Below, piece after piece: positions 8,850-17,847 of a stretch of 64,000 nt of DNA. The stretch is from assembly GCA_030612885.1 (NCBI GenBank), contig JAUWMZ010000002.1, forward strand, positions 80,923 through 144,922, written 5' to 3'. The position numbers and the translations under genes were made by a program. The notes beneath the pieces are model-generated. The model searched no databases and had not been told where the DNA came from. It was given only the letters and a program-made list of their open reading frames with translations. The stretch is from Candidatus Nealsonbacteria bacterium (lineage in GTDB: Bacteria; Patescibacteriota; Minisyncoccia; Minisyncoccales; JAGMDC01). Within the stretch, counting starts at the first letter, position 1. The number at the start of each line of letters is the position of its first letter.

Positions 8850-9740
8850 ATGAACTTCATTAAATACACAAAAATATACTTTCTTTTTTCTGGAATTTTA
8901 ATTCTGGGGTCTTTGATTGCCTTGGGAGTTTTTGGTTTGAAGCCCAGTATTGAATTCAGCGGCGGAAGCATTTTAGAAATAGAATATATTGAAGAAAGGC
9001 CAAGCAATCAGGAAATTCAAGAACAGCTTTCCGGCCTTGATTTAGGGGGAATAATTATTCAGCCAACAGGAGACAAAGGAGTGATTATTAGAATGAAAGA
9101 TATAACCGAAGAAACCCATCAGCAAGTTATTGAGAAGTTAAAAGAAAGCAGAGAATTAGAACAGCAAAGGTATGAAAACATTGGGCCGGTTATCGGCCAG
9201 GAATTAAAAGATAAAACAAGAACTATTATTATTGTTTCTCTTTTAGCCATTGTTTTATACATTGCCTTTGCTTTTAGAAAAATACAAAGGCCAATAAAAA
9301 GTTGGCAGTATGGGTTAGCCGCTCTTATTGCTTTGGGCCATGATGTTTTAATACCCCTGGGAGTGCTGGCTGTTTTAGGAGAATTTTGCGGTTTAGAGAT
9401 TTCTATTCCTATTATTGTCGCTCTGCTTACGATTCTCGGTTACTCTATTAATAATACAGTGGTTGTTTTTGACAGGATAAGAGAAAATATTTTAAGCCCT
9501 CAGAGAGGAGAGGATTTTGATGGAATAGTTAATATCTCTTTGCATCAAACCCTTACCCGCTCAATCAACACTTCTTTAACTACTTTATTTGTTCTTTCAG
9601 CCATTTTCTTTTTTGGCGGAGAGACCTTAAAATACTTTGCTTTAGCTTTAATAATGGGAATTATCGCCGGGACTTATTCTTCTTTATTCTTGGCAAGCCC
9701 AGTTCTGGTTTGGTGGCTGAAACGCAAACAAAAAATTTGA
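8850..9740 (+). CDS. secF: protein translocase subunit SecF
   Basis: SecF-like TM pattern. ATG at 8850 (MNFIKYTKIYF), just after the secD stop, is preferred over the track start 8802. Confidence 0.9.
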   Translation: MNFIKYTKIYFLFSGILILGSLIALGVFGLKPSIEFSGGSILEIEYIEERPSNQEIQEQLSGLDLGGIIIQPTGDKGVIIRMKDITEETHQQVIEKLKESRELEQQRYENIGPVIGQELKDKTRTIIIVSLLAIVLYIAFAFRKIQRPIKSWQYGLAALIALGHDVLIPLGVLAVLGEFCGLEISIPIIVALLTILGYSINNTVVVFDRIRENILSPQRGEDFDGIVNISLHQTLTRSINTSLTTLFVLSAIFFFGGETLKYFALALIMGIIAGTYSSLFLASPVLVWWLKRKQKI

Positions 9741-9773
9741 CACTTCTTTTGGAATATGATATAAAAACTTAAT

Positions 9774-10838
9774 ATGTTTATTAATTATCAAAAAATTTGT
9801 AATGATATTTTAAAGGATTTATCGCAGAACAGAACTAAAGATATTATAAGTCGGCGTTTTGCTTTGCCATTTGAAGCCCAAAAGGCGAAGGAAGGGTTAT
9901 ACAAAAAAGAGACATTAGAATCAATTGGCAAGAGTTATAATATTACTCGGGAAAGAGTGCGTCAGATAGAAGAAGACGGACTCAAAAAAGTTATAGGAAA
10001 AGCAAAACAGATATCTCAAGAAGCTTTTCAGGGTTTTACCAAAGAGTTGAAAGATTGCGGCGGATTAAAGAGAGAAGATTTACTTTTAGAGAAACTTGGA
10101 GGAAAAAAGTTTAAACCCCAAGTTTTATTTTTGTTAACTTTGGGAGAACAATTTGAAAGATTTTCTGAAACCGAAGATTTTTATCCTTTTTGGACTATAG
10201 ATAAGAATTCTTTAAATTCAGCCCAGCAAATTATAAATTCCTTTATTAAAGAACTGAAAAATAAAAATCAGCCCCTGCCTTTAGAAAATTTCAGTGTTTC
10301 CTCTTCTTATTTTTCACGGCGTAGCCGTGAAAATCAAGGTTCTGCCGAGCAGAGCGAGGTAGGTTCTTATATTGAAATCTCAAAACAGATATTAGCAGGG
10401 CCAGAAGGATTATACGGCTTTTCTATTTGGCCCGAGATTAATCCGAAAGGAATTAAAGATAAAGCATTTTTAGTAATAAAAAAAGAGAGCAAGCCATTAC
10501 ATTTTACTAAGGTAGCAGAGTTTATTGAAGCACAGGAGCAGGAAAAGAAACCATGCCTGGTTAAGACGGTCCATAATGAATTAATTAAGGACCCAAGATT
10601 TGTTTTAGTGGGCAGGGGTCTTTACGCCTTAAAAGATTGGGGGTATCAGCCAGGAGTAGTGAAAGATGTCATTATGGATATATTAAAAAAATCAAAAAAG
10701 CCATTATTTCCAAAAGAAATCGCTGAGCAAGTTCTCTCCCAACGTTTTGTCCAGAAAAATACCGTTCTTTTGAATTTGCAGAATAAAAAATATTTCCTAA
10801 GAAATTCTCAAGGAAAATATACTATCAAAGAAGCATAA
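9774..10838 (+). CDS. sigma-70 region-4-like HTH plus HARE-HTH-like protein
   Basis: ESIGKSYNITRERVRQIEEDGLKKV (region 4 HTH style); C-terminal HFTKVAEFI...RFVLVGRGLYALKDW (HARE-HTH style). Confidence 0.5.
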   Translation: MFINYQKICNDILKDLSQNRTKDIISRRFALPFEAQKAKEGLYKKETLESIGKSYNITRERVRQIEEDGLKKVIGKAKQISQEAFQGFTKELKDCGGLKREDLLLEKLGGKKFKPQVLFLLTLGEQFERFSETEDFYPFWTIDKNSLNSAQQIINSFIKELKNKNQPLPLENFSVSSSYFSRRSRENQGSAEQSEVGSYIEISKQILAGPEGLYGFSIWPEINPKGIKDKAFLVIKKESKPLHFTKVAEFIEAQEQEKKPCLVKTVHNELIKDPRFVLVGRGLYALKDWGYQPGVVKDVIMDILKKSKKPLFPKEIAEQVLSQRFVQKNTVLLNLQNKKYFLRNSQGKYTIKEA

Positions 10839-10841
10839 TAA

Positions 10842-12131
10842 ATGGAAGAGCAAATTTTTCTAGCCTTCAATATCATATGGGATTTTTTAAAAGATTGGTG
10901 GTGGGTGATTATACCCTTTATTTTAATTAAGCCCTTTTTATTTCTTTATCTTTGGTGGAGGAACGGTGTCTGGCTTAGTAAATTAAGATTTATTTTATTG
11001 GAAATAAAGCCGCCTAAAGAGGTTTTAAGGCCTATTAAAGCAATGGAAACTGTTTTTAACGGATTATGGCATTTTTATGATCCGCCTAATTACAGGGAAA
11101 AATGGTTTGAAGGAAAAATGCAATTAGGTTTTTCTTTAGAAATTGCTTGTTTCGGGGGCTCACCCCATTTTTTTATTAGAATTCCGGAAAATCTCCGTAA
11201 TTTAGTAGAATCAACACTTTATTCCCAATATTCGGACTTGGAAATTATAGAGGTTAGTGATTATACCAAGTACGTTCCTCAAGATATTCCTAATAAGGAC
11301 TGGGAAATATGGGGTTGTGATTATGAAGAGCTAAAAGATGATATTTATCCCATTAAGACCTATTCTAAATTTTTTGAAGAAAAACCAGAAATATCAAAAG
11401 AAGAAAAAAGAATTGATCCTATGTCTAATCTTTTAGAAGGTATGGCAAAATTTAAGCCGGGTGAGCAGCTATGGGTTCAGATTATGGCTAAGCCAGTTTC
11501 TCATCTTGACGAAAGCAAAGATTTTATAGAAAAAGGAAAGAAAGAAGTAGATAAATTAGTGAATAGACCTAAGCCGCCGGTTCCAAAACCAATAATTGAA
11601 GAAGCAGTAGGAATATTAGTTACTGGAGAAGTGCCAAAAGAAGCAGAGGAAAAAGAAAGAGCTATTCTTCCGGAAATGGAGCTTACCCCTGGGGAGAAAA
11701 AAGTAGTGTCTGCTATTGAAGATAAAATAAGCAAATACGCTTTTGAGTGTAATATAAGGTTCATTCAATTAGGAAAAAGAGATGTCTTCTTCTCTCCTAA
11801 TAAAGCTATTCCAATGGGCTTTTTTGACCTTTTTGGCACAGCTGATCTTAATGGATTAAAACCAATGAGGAAAACTATTACTAAGGTTCATACTGTTTGG
11901 CTTTGGTTTTTAGACATTAGAAGAGTTTATGTCCGGAAAAGAAGAATGTTTAGAAATTTTATTGAAAGATTAAGTCCTTTTTTTCCTTCTTCAGGAGGCA
12001 CTTTTATTCTAAATATTGAAGAATTGGCTTCTCTATATCATTTTCCAGGAAGAGGAGTTACAGCTGCGCCTGCTATTTCTCGTGTTGAAGCCAAGAGAGG
12101 CGAAGCCCCGCCAGAACTGCCTACTGAATAA
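10842..12131 (+). CDS. membrane protein, operon partner of the VirD4/TraG-like ATPase
   Basis: N-terminal Trp-rich TM hairpin and no catalytic motif recognised. Tightly packed between 9774..10838 and 12143..13753. Confidence 0.4.
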   Translation: MEEQIFLAFNIIWDFLKDWWWVIIPFILIKPFLFLYLWWRNGVWLSKLRFILLEIKPPKEVLRPIKAMETVFNGLWHFYDPPNYREKWFEGKMQLGFSLEIACFGGSPHFFIRIPENLRNLVESTLYSQYSDLEIIEVSDYTKYVPQDIPNKDWEIWGCDYEELKDDIYPIKTYSKFFEEKPEISKEEKRIDPMSNLLEGMAKFKPGEQLWVQIMAKPVSHLDESKDFIEKGKKEVDKLVNRPKPPVPKPIIEEAVGILVTGEVPKEAEEKERAILPEMELTPGEKKVVSAIEDKISKYAFECNIRFIQLGKRDVFFSPNKAIPMGFFDLFGTADLNGLKPMRKTITKVHTVWLWFLDIRRVYVRKRRMFRNFIERLSPFFPSSGGTFILNIEELASLYHFPGRGVTAAPAISRVEAKRGEAPPELPTE

Positions 12132-12142
12132 AATTTTAATTT

Positions 12143-13753
12143 ATGTCTGAGATAAATTTTTTTGCAGAAACAAACTTTCGTAATATCAGAAAGAAATTTG
12201 GTATAAAAACCGATGATAGACGCCGGCATGTTTATGCTGTAGGAAAGACAGGTATGGGCAAAACAGTTATGCTGGAAAATATGGCTATTCAGGATATTCA
12301 ACAAGGCAATGGAATAGGTTTTGTTGATCCTCATGGCGAAGCAGCGGAAAATCTTCTTGATTTTGTGCCAAAAAATAGAATCAAAGATGTTATTTATTTT
12401 AATCCAGCTGATTTGAATTATCCTATTGCTTTTAATGTTATGGAAGAGGTAGATCCAGAAAAAAGGCATTTAGTGGCTGGCGGTTTGATGGGCGTTTTTA
12501 AAAAAATCTGGCCTGATGTCTGGTCAGCCAGAATGGAATATATTTTAAACAACTGTATTTTAGCTCTTTTAGAATATCCTGGTTCCACTCTTTTGGGTAT
12601 CAATCGGATGCTGGCTGATATTGATTATCGCAAGAAAGTTATAGAAAAAGTAACTGATCCGGTAGTAAAAGCATTTTGGACGCAAGAATTTGCCAGGTAT
12701 AATCAAAGGTATGAGACAGAGGCGACTGCGGCTATTCAAAATAAAATTGGCCAGTTTATTTCCGCACCTTTAATTAGAAATATTATTGGCCAAACAAAAT
12801 CAACTATTAACGTAAGGCAGGCAATGGATGAAGGAAAGATTTTAATATTGAACTTGTCTAAAGGGAGAATAGGGGAGGATGCTTCCCGCTTGTTGGGCGC
12901 TCTTTTAATTACAAGAATACAGTTAGCAGCTATGTCCAGAGTTGATATGCCAGAAGAAAAAAGAAGAGATTTTTTTCTTTATGTAGATGAATTTCAAAAC
13001 TTTGCCACCGAGTCCTTTGTTAATATCTTATCTGAAGCGCGAAAATACCGTTTGTCTTTGATTTTGGCTCATCAATATATTGCCCAAATGGAAGAAACAG
13101 TAAGAGATGCAGTTTTCGGGAATGTAGGCACTATTATTTCTTTTAGAGTAGGAGCCGAAGATGCTGAATTTTTAGAAAGAGAATTCCTGCCAGAGTTTAA
13201 TGGTTCTGATTTAGTTAATTTATCCAAATATAATATCTATTTAAAGCTAATGATTGATGGCTTGGCAGGCAGGCCGTTTTCAGCTGAAACTTTAGCTCCT
13301 GAATCAAGGCTAGAGGAATCAAACAAAGAAGCAATTATCCAAGAATCCAGAAAACAATACGGTACAGAGAAAAAATTTGTTGAGGAAAGGATTATTCAAT
13401 GGGCAGAGCCTATAAAAGGAATTGAACCGGCATTGGCAGAACCGCAGGTTCTTTACGATGCCCAATGCCAGAATTGCAAGAGAATGATAAAAGTTCCATT
13501 TAAACCAGATGGAGTAAGGCCTGTTTATTGCAAGACTTGCCTTGAAAAAATAAAGAAAACAGAAAATGAACCACCCAGTTCCCAAAGTAAAAAAGAACCA
13601 GGCATATCTTTAAATGAGGCAGTGGAAAAAGAACCTATTTTTTTCTCTCCTCATAGAAAAGTTCAAGAGAAAAGGGAGAAACCCAAAAGAAGAGAAGTTA
13701 ATACTGAAGAATTAAAAGAAGTTTTAAAAGAGTCTCTGAAAAAAGAAGAATGA
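12143..13753 (+). CDS. VirD4/TraG/TraD-like P-loop ATPase with C-terminal zinc ribbon
   Basis: Walker A GKTGMGKT, FFLYVDEFQNF, LILAHQYIAQM. C-terminal CQNCKRMIKVPFKPDGVRPVYCKTC. Confidence 0.65.
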   Translation: MSEINFFAETNFRNIRKKFGIKTDDRRRHVYAVGKTGMGKTVMLENMAIQDIQQGNGIGFVDPHGEAAENLLDFVPKNRIKDVIYFNPADLNYPIAFNVMEEVDPEKRHLVAGGLMGVFKKIWPDVWSARMEYILNNCILALLEYPGSTLLGINRMLADIDYRKKVIEKVTDPVVKAFWTQEFARYNQRYETEATAAIQNKIGQFISAPLIRNIIGQTKSTINVRQAMDEGKILILNLSKGRIGEDASRLLGALLITRIQLAAMSRVDMPEEKRRDFFLYVDEFQNFATESFVNILSEARKYRLSLILAHQYIAQMEETVRDAVFGNVGTIISFRVGAEDAEFLEREFLPEFNGSDLVNLSKYNIYLKLMIDGLAGRPFSAETLAPESRLEESNKEAIIQESRKQYGTEKKFVEERIIQWAEPIKGIEPALAEPQVLYDAQCQNCKRMIKVPFKPDGVRPVYCKTCLEKIKKTENEPPSSQSKKEPGISLNEAVEKEPIFFSPHRKVQEKREKPKRREVNTEELKEVLKESLKKEE

Positions 13754-14874
13754 AAACTTTAAAAGATTTTAATTTTCAAGGAAAAAGAGTTTTATTAAGA
13801 ACAGATTTTAATGTTCCTTTGTCAGAACAAAGGGATATTTTAGATGATTTTCGGATAAAATCAGTTATTCCTACTATTGAATACTTAATAAAGAATAGAG
13901 CTAAGATTATTATAATCAGCCATCTTGGCCGGCCGGAAAAAAAAGAAGAAAAATTTAGTTTAAGGCCAGTTGCTTTGAAATTAGAAGAATTATTAAATAA
14001 GAAGATTAAGTTTTTTCCGGATTGTATTGGCAATAAGGTTGAAAAGGAAATAGAAAAAATGGAATCAGAAGACATTGTTGCTTTAGAGAATTTAAGATTT
14101 TACAAACAAGAAAAAGAAAATAATGAGAAATTTGCGAAGGACTTGGCAAAATTAACAGGAGATATTTACCCCGCACCTTTTGTCAGCAGGGTGCCTTCGG
14201 TACTTAAATTAAGAAAGTTAGCTGACAAAAGGTGCGGGGTTTATATTGATGATGCTTTTGCTGTTTGCCATCGTGAGCATGCTTCTATTGTTGGCATTCC
14301 AAAATATTTGCCAGCAGGAATTGGATTTTTAATAGAAAAAGAAATTAAAAATTTAAATAAAATTATAACAAGTCCCAAAAAGCCGTTTGTTTCTGTTCTT
14401 GGAGGGAAAAAAGCAGAAACAAAAGTAAAATTTATTGATAAAATTTCTAAAATTTCTGATTTCGTTTTAATCGGCGGTCTAATACCTAAAGAAATAAAAG
14501 AGCAAAACATAAAATTTAAAGAGCCGGAAAAAATTATTCTGCCTGTGGATTGGAAGGAAAATAATTATGATATTGGAGAAAAAACTACAAAAATTTTTAA
14601 AGAAAAAATTAAAACAGCAAAAACCATTTTCTGGAATGGTCCTTTGGGCAAGTTTGAAGAAGAAAAATTTGCTAAAGCAACAAAAGAAATTGCCAGGGCT
14701 ATTATTGGCAGTAACGCTTTTTCAGTAGTTGGAGGAGGGGAGACAATTGAGTTTTTAACCAGGATTGGCTTAATTAAAAAATTCAGCTTTATATCCACTG
14801 GCGGCGGCGCAATGCTTGACTATATAGTTGACGAAAAGTTGGTAGGTTTAGAAGCAATACGTTCGGGAATATGA
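13750..14874 (+). CDS. pgk: phosphoglycerate kinase (carries a 25-codon palindromic insertion)
   Basis: RTDFNVPL, IDDAFAVCHREHAS, ISTGGGAMLDY. ATGA overlap with the upstream stop. Confidence 0.9.
   Translation: MKTLKDFNFQGKRVLLRTDFNVPLSEQRDILDDFRIKSVIPTIEYLIKNRAKIIIISHLGRPEKKEEKFSLRPVALKLEELLNKKIKFFPDCIGNKVEKEIEKMESEDIVALENLRFYKQEKENNEKFAKDLAKLTGDIYPAPFVSRVPSVLKLRKLADKRCGVYIDDAFAVCHREHASIVGIPKYLPAGIGFLIEKEIKNLNKIITSPKKPFVSVLGGKKAETKVKFIDKISKISDFVLIGGLIPKEIKEQNIKFKEPEKIILPVDWKENNYDIGEKTTKIFKEKIKTAKTIFWNGPLGKFEEEKFAKATKEIARAIIGSNAFSVVGGGETIEFLTRIGLIKKFSFISTGGGAMLDYIVDEKLVGLEAIRSGI
14169..14239. repeat. GC-rich palindromic element, family 1, in-frame inside pgk
   Basis: CCCCGCACCTTTTGTCAGC-N33-GCTGACAAAAGGTGCGGGG with perfect 19-bp arms. 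TTTA sits on both flanks. Confidence 0.85.
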
Positions 14875-14889
14875 GTTTTTGGTACACGC

Positions 14890-15004
14890 AAATTTCTCCA
14901 GCGGAAATTTGCTGCTACTCACGAATTGCCGAGCACTCAACAAGTTGAGTGCTCGAACCAAGCCCTGACGCCAAAGGCGACTCCCCGTAGGGTTGCTTCG
15001 CTGC
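14890..15004. repeat. 115-bp GC-rich insertion in a conserved stem-loop motif
   Basis: AGTTTTTGGTACACGC[115 nt]GGATTGTCCCAAAAACTATATT here, against the uninterrupted AGTTTTTAGCACACGCGGATTGTCCCAAAAACTATATT at ~56932-56969. Confidence 0.75.
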
Positions 15005-15071
15005 GGATTGTCCCAAAAACTATATTTCCTCACTTCAATCTTAAAAGAAAAACAAAGGAAGACGCAAAAGT

Positions 15072-16220
15072 ATGCCTGAAATCAAAAATCTAAAAAAAGC
15101 ATCCAACAGAATTCTAAAAGCAATCAAAAATAAAGAAAAAATCATTATCTATGGTGATGCTGATTTAGACGGCACTGCTTCAGTGGTTATTTTAAAAGAA
15201 GCTATTGAGAATTTAAAAGGGAATATTGCTGCTGTTTATTTTGTGGACCGAGAAAATGAAGGATATGGAATAAATAAAAATGCTCTATCTTTTTTGAAAC
15301 GTTTCTCGCCAGCTATTCTTATTGCCTTGGATTTGGGTATTACTAACTTTGAAGAAGTTAAAATAGCCAAGAAACTCGGTTTGGAAACAATTATTATTGA
15401 CCATCATCAGGTCATTGATTCTTTGCCAGAAGCTTCAATTATTGTTGACCCAAAACAAAAAGGCGACAACTATCCCTTTAAAGAATTTGCCGCTGCCGGT
15501 CTTGTTTATGAATTGACGAAGGTGATACTTAAAGACAAAATGAGCAATTCATTAGATAATAGTTTTTTAGAATTAGCGGCTTTAGCTACTATTGCTGACA
15601 TGATGATTCGAGAAAAAGACAACAAAACATATATTGAAAAAGGGCTTCAGTCCTTGAAAAACACTCAACGGATAGGAATAAAAGTTTTTTTAGAAATCAA
15701 TTCTCTAAAAATTTTCAAAGAAAAAGAAAAAGTTCAAAAAATTGTTTCTGCTTTAAATGCAAGCGAAATTAAAAACCATTTAACTGAAGCGTATTTGCTT
15801 CTTACTTGCCAGAACAAGAGAAAGGCAGAAAATTTAGTAGAAAAGTTATTAGATAGAAATGAAGCAAGACGTTTTCAAATAAAAGACATTGTGGAACAGG
15901 TAGAAGAGAGAATTTTAGACAGCGCTGATTCTATAATTTTTGAAGGAGATATTGGCTGGTCTAATATCTTAATCGGCTCAGTAGCTTCGAGAATATGCAA
16001 TAAGCACAAAAAGCCGTGTTTTATTTTTAAAAAAAGAAAAGAAAGCAGTATGGGCGCAGTGCGAGTGCCTTCTGGTATGGATGCTGTCCAAGCAATGAAA
16101 AGCTGTCAAAAGCTTTTAATGACTTTCGGCGGACACGCGCCAGCTGCTGGCTTTACTGTAAAAAACGAGAATTTAGAAAAGTTTAAAGAGTGCTTAATTA
16201 AATATTTTAAAGCAATATGA
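15072..16220 (+). CDS. recJ: DHH-family single-stranded-DNA exonuclease RecJ-like
   Basis: DADLDGTAS, IIIDHHQ, GGHAPAAG motifs. Confidence 0.8.
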   Translation: MPEIKNLKKASNRILKAIKNKEKIIIYGDADLDGTASVVILKEAIENLKGNIAAVYFVDRENEGYGINKNALSFLKRFSPAILIALDLGITNFEEVKIAKKLGLETIIIDHHQVIDSLPEASIIVDPKQKGDNYPFKEFAAAGLVYELTKVILKDKMSNSLDNSFLELAALATIADMMIREKDNKTYIEKGLQSLKNTQRIGIKVFLEINSLKIFKEKEKVQKIVSALNASEIKNHLTEAYLLLTCQNKRKAENLVEKLLDRNEARRFQIKDIVEQVEERILDSADSIIFEGDIGWSNILIGSVASRICNKHKKPCFIFKKRKESSMGAVRVPSGMDAVQAMKSCQKLLMTFGGHAPAAGFTVKNENLEKFKECLIKYFKAI

Positions 16221-16660
16221 AGAAAATTATTATTTACACTGATGGCGGGTCGCGCGGGAACCCGGGACCGTCAGCTATAGGAGTAGTAATTTCTGATGAA
16301 AAGGGAAATAGATTAAAAGAATATTCCCAGTATTTGGGTGATGATTTAACCAATAACGAGGCAGAATATCAGGCCGTGATTTTTGCTTTGAAAAAAATTA
16401 AATTATTATTCGGCAAAAAAACAGCTTATAATTCAGAGATTGAGATTAATTCTGACTCTGAATTGTTGGTAAAACAATTAAACGGCAGATATAAGATTTT
16501 GGAACCAAACCTGCAGCCATACTTTCTAAAAGTTTGGAATTTAAAAATTGATTTTAAAAAAATAACATTTAAATCAATTCCAAGGGAACAAAACAAAGAT
16601 GCAGATAGATTAGTCAATGAGGCGTTAGACGCTCAAAACAGCGACAGAAAGTTATTTTAG
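16217..16660 (+). CDS. rnhA: ribonuclease HI
   Basis: IYTDGGSRGNPGPSAIG, TNNEAEYQAVIFAL, DSELLVKQLNGRYK, DADRLVNEA. Confidence 0.85.
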   Translation: MKKIIIYTDGGSRGNPGPSAIGVVISDEKGNRLKEYSQYLGDDLTNNEAEYQAVIFALKKIKLLFGKKTAYNSEIEINSDSELLVKQLNGRYKILEPNLQPYFLKVWNLKIDFKKITFKSIPREQNKDADRLVNEALDAQNSDRKLF

Positions 16661-16669
16661 GGTCTAAAG

Positions 16670-16698
16670 CCCGACGTCAAACCAAAACGTCGGGTTTT
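16670..16698 (+). terminator. rho-independent terminator after rnhA
   Basis: CCCGACGT-N9-ACGTCGGG followed by TTTT. Confidence 0.7.
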
Positions 16699-16743
16699 AA
16701 ATTCTTGACTAATTGCTTTCATTTTGTTATACTAAAAATAGTT

Positions 16744-17107
16744 CAAGCAGGCAAGGCAATCGCTGAGTATTCAGTTCGCTGAATGCTTAGAGGAAAGTCC
16801 GAACACCCATTCTAAGCAATTTATGTGCTTAGTCTAAAAAGATAGCGGCTAACAGCCGTCGACCGCAAGGTTAGAGGTGCGAACAGTGACGCTTTGAGCC
16901 GAAAGGTAAAAAGCACCCTTTACAGGGTGAGCCTTGGTGGAAACATCAGGGGTGAAACGGCTAAATCCTTATCGGGTGCAAGAACAAGCATTTCGGCAAT
17001 CTCCGGATTTGCCGAAATGAAAAAGTAGTTCGCTTGACCCTGAGAGTAATCAAGGGGCTAGATAAATGATTGTCCAAGACAGAATTCGGCTTATTGCCTG
17101 CTTGGGC
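16744..17107 (+). ncRNA. rnpB: RNase P RNA, bacterial type A
   Basis: GAGGAAAGTCCG at 16790-16801 and ACAGAATTCGGCTTA at 17079-17093. P1 pairing CAAGCAGGCAA (16744) with TTGCCTGCTTG (17094-17104). Confidence 0.85.
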
Positions 17108-17142
17108 TTTTTTATTTGCTTTAAAAAAGTTAAAATTAAACT

Positions 17143-17847
17143 ATGGAACCTTTACCTAATCCTCAAAAAAAACTTGTTGTAGATATTAATGGAGAAAAAT
17201 GGGCCCGTTATCCCATTAAAACTCATTTCATTACAACAAAAGATGAATTAGAAAATATTGTTGAAAGATATCTTATTTCTTTTGTCCAAGAAAAAGATAT
17301 TATTGTTTTATGCCAAAAAATAGTTGCTATCACACAAGGCAAAATAGTTTATAAAAAAGATATTAAAGTAAGCCATTGGGCTAAGTTTCTTTCTAAATTC
17401 GTCAAAAAAACCCCTTATGGTTTTTCAGTTGGCAACCCTTTAAAAATGCAATTAGCCATTAACTTAGCCGGCCTGACAAGAATTTTATTAGCCAGTTTTT
17501 TAGGCGGCATAGCTAAGATTTTTGGCATTAAGGGAGTTTTTTACAAAGTGGCTGGCCATCAAATAAATCAAATAGACGGATTTTACGGCAAGGCATTTCC
17601 TCAATATGCTGAAATGGGCATATTAGGATTTAAGAATCTTGATAATTTCTGTAATAAATTAAAAGAAAAATATGGATTTTCTTTTGTCGTAGGGGATATA
17701 AATGATTTAGGAGGAAATATTTTAGGAAAAACCGATGGATTAAAAGGCAAAGATAAGTTATTGCTTCAGATACTAAAAGATAATCCAGCCGGCCAATCAA
17801 ACGAACAAACACCAATAATTATTTTGAGAAAGTTAAGGCATGTTTAA
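17143..17847 (+). CDS. CofE-like (F420-0:gamma-glutamyl ligase fold) protein
   Basis: Recalled resemblance only to CofE-like proteins annotated in Parcubacteria (KTHFIT..., LCQKIVAITQGKIVYKKDIKVS). Confidence 0.4.
   Translation: MEPLPNPQKKLVVDINGEKWARYPIKTHFITTKDELENIVERYLISFVQEKDIIVLCQKIVAITQGKIVYKKDIKVSHWAKFLSKFVKKTPYGFSVGNPLKMQLAINLAGLTRILLASFLGGIAKIFGIKGVFYKVAGHQINQIDGFYGKAFPQYAEMGILGFKNLDNFCNKLKEKYGFSFVVGDINDLGGNILGKTDGLKGKDKLLLQILKDNPAGQSNEQTPIIILRKLRHV

Noticed and set aside
14848-15033. Minus-strand 61-aa ORF in the pgk-recJ spacer.
   Set aside because: It coincides with the 115-bp GC-rich insertion and hairpins. It has no start context or homology I recognise, so it is probably an open frame created by GC-rich DNA.
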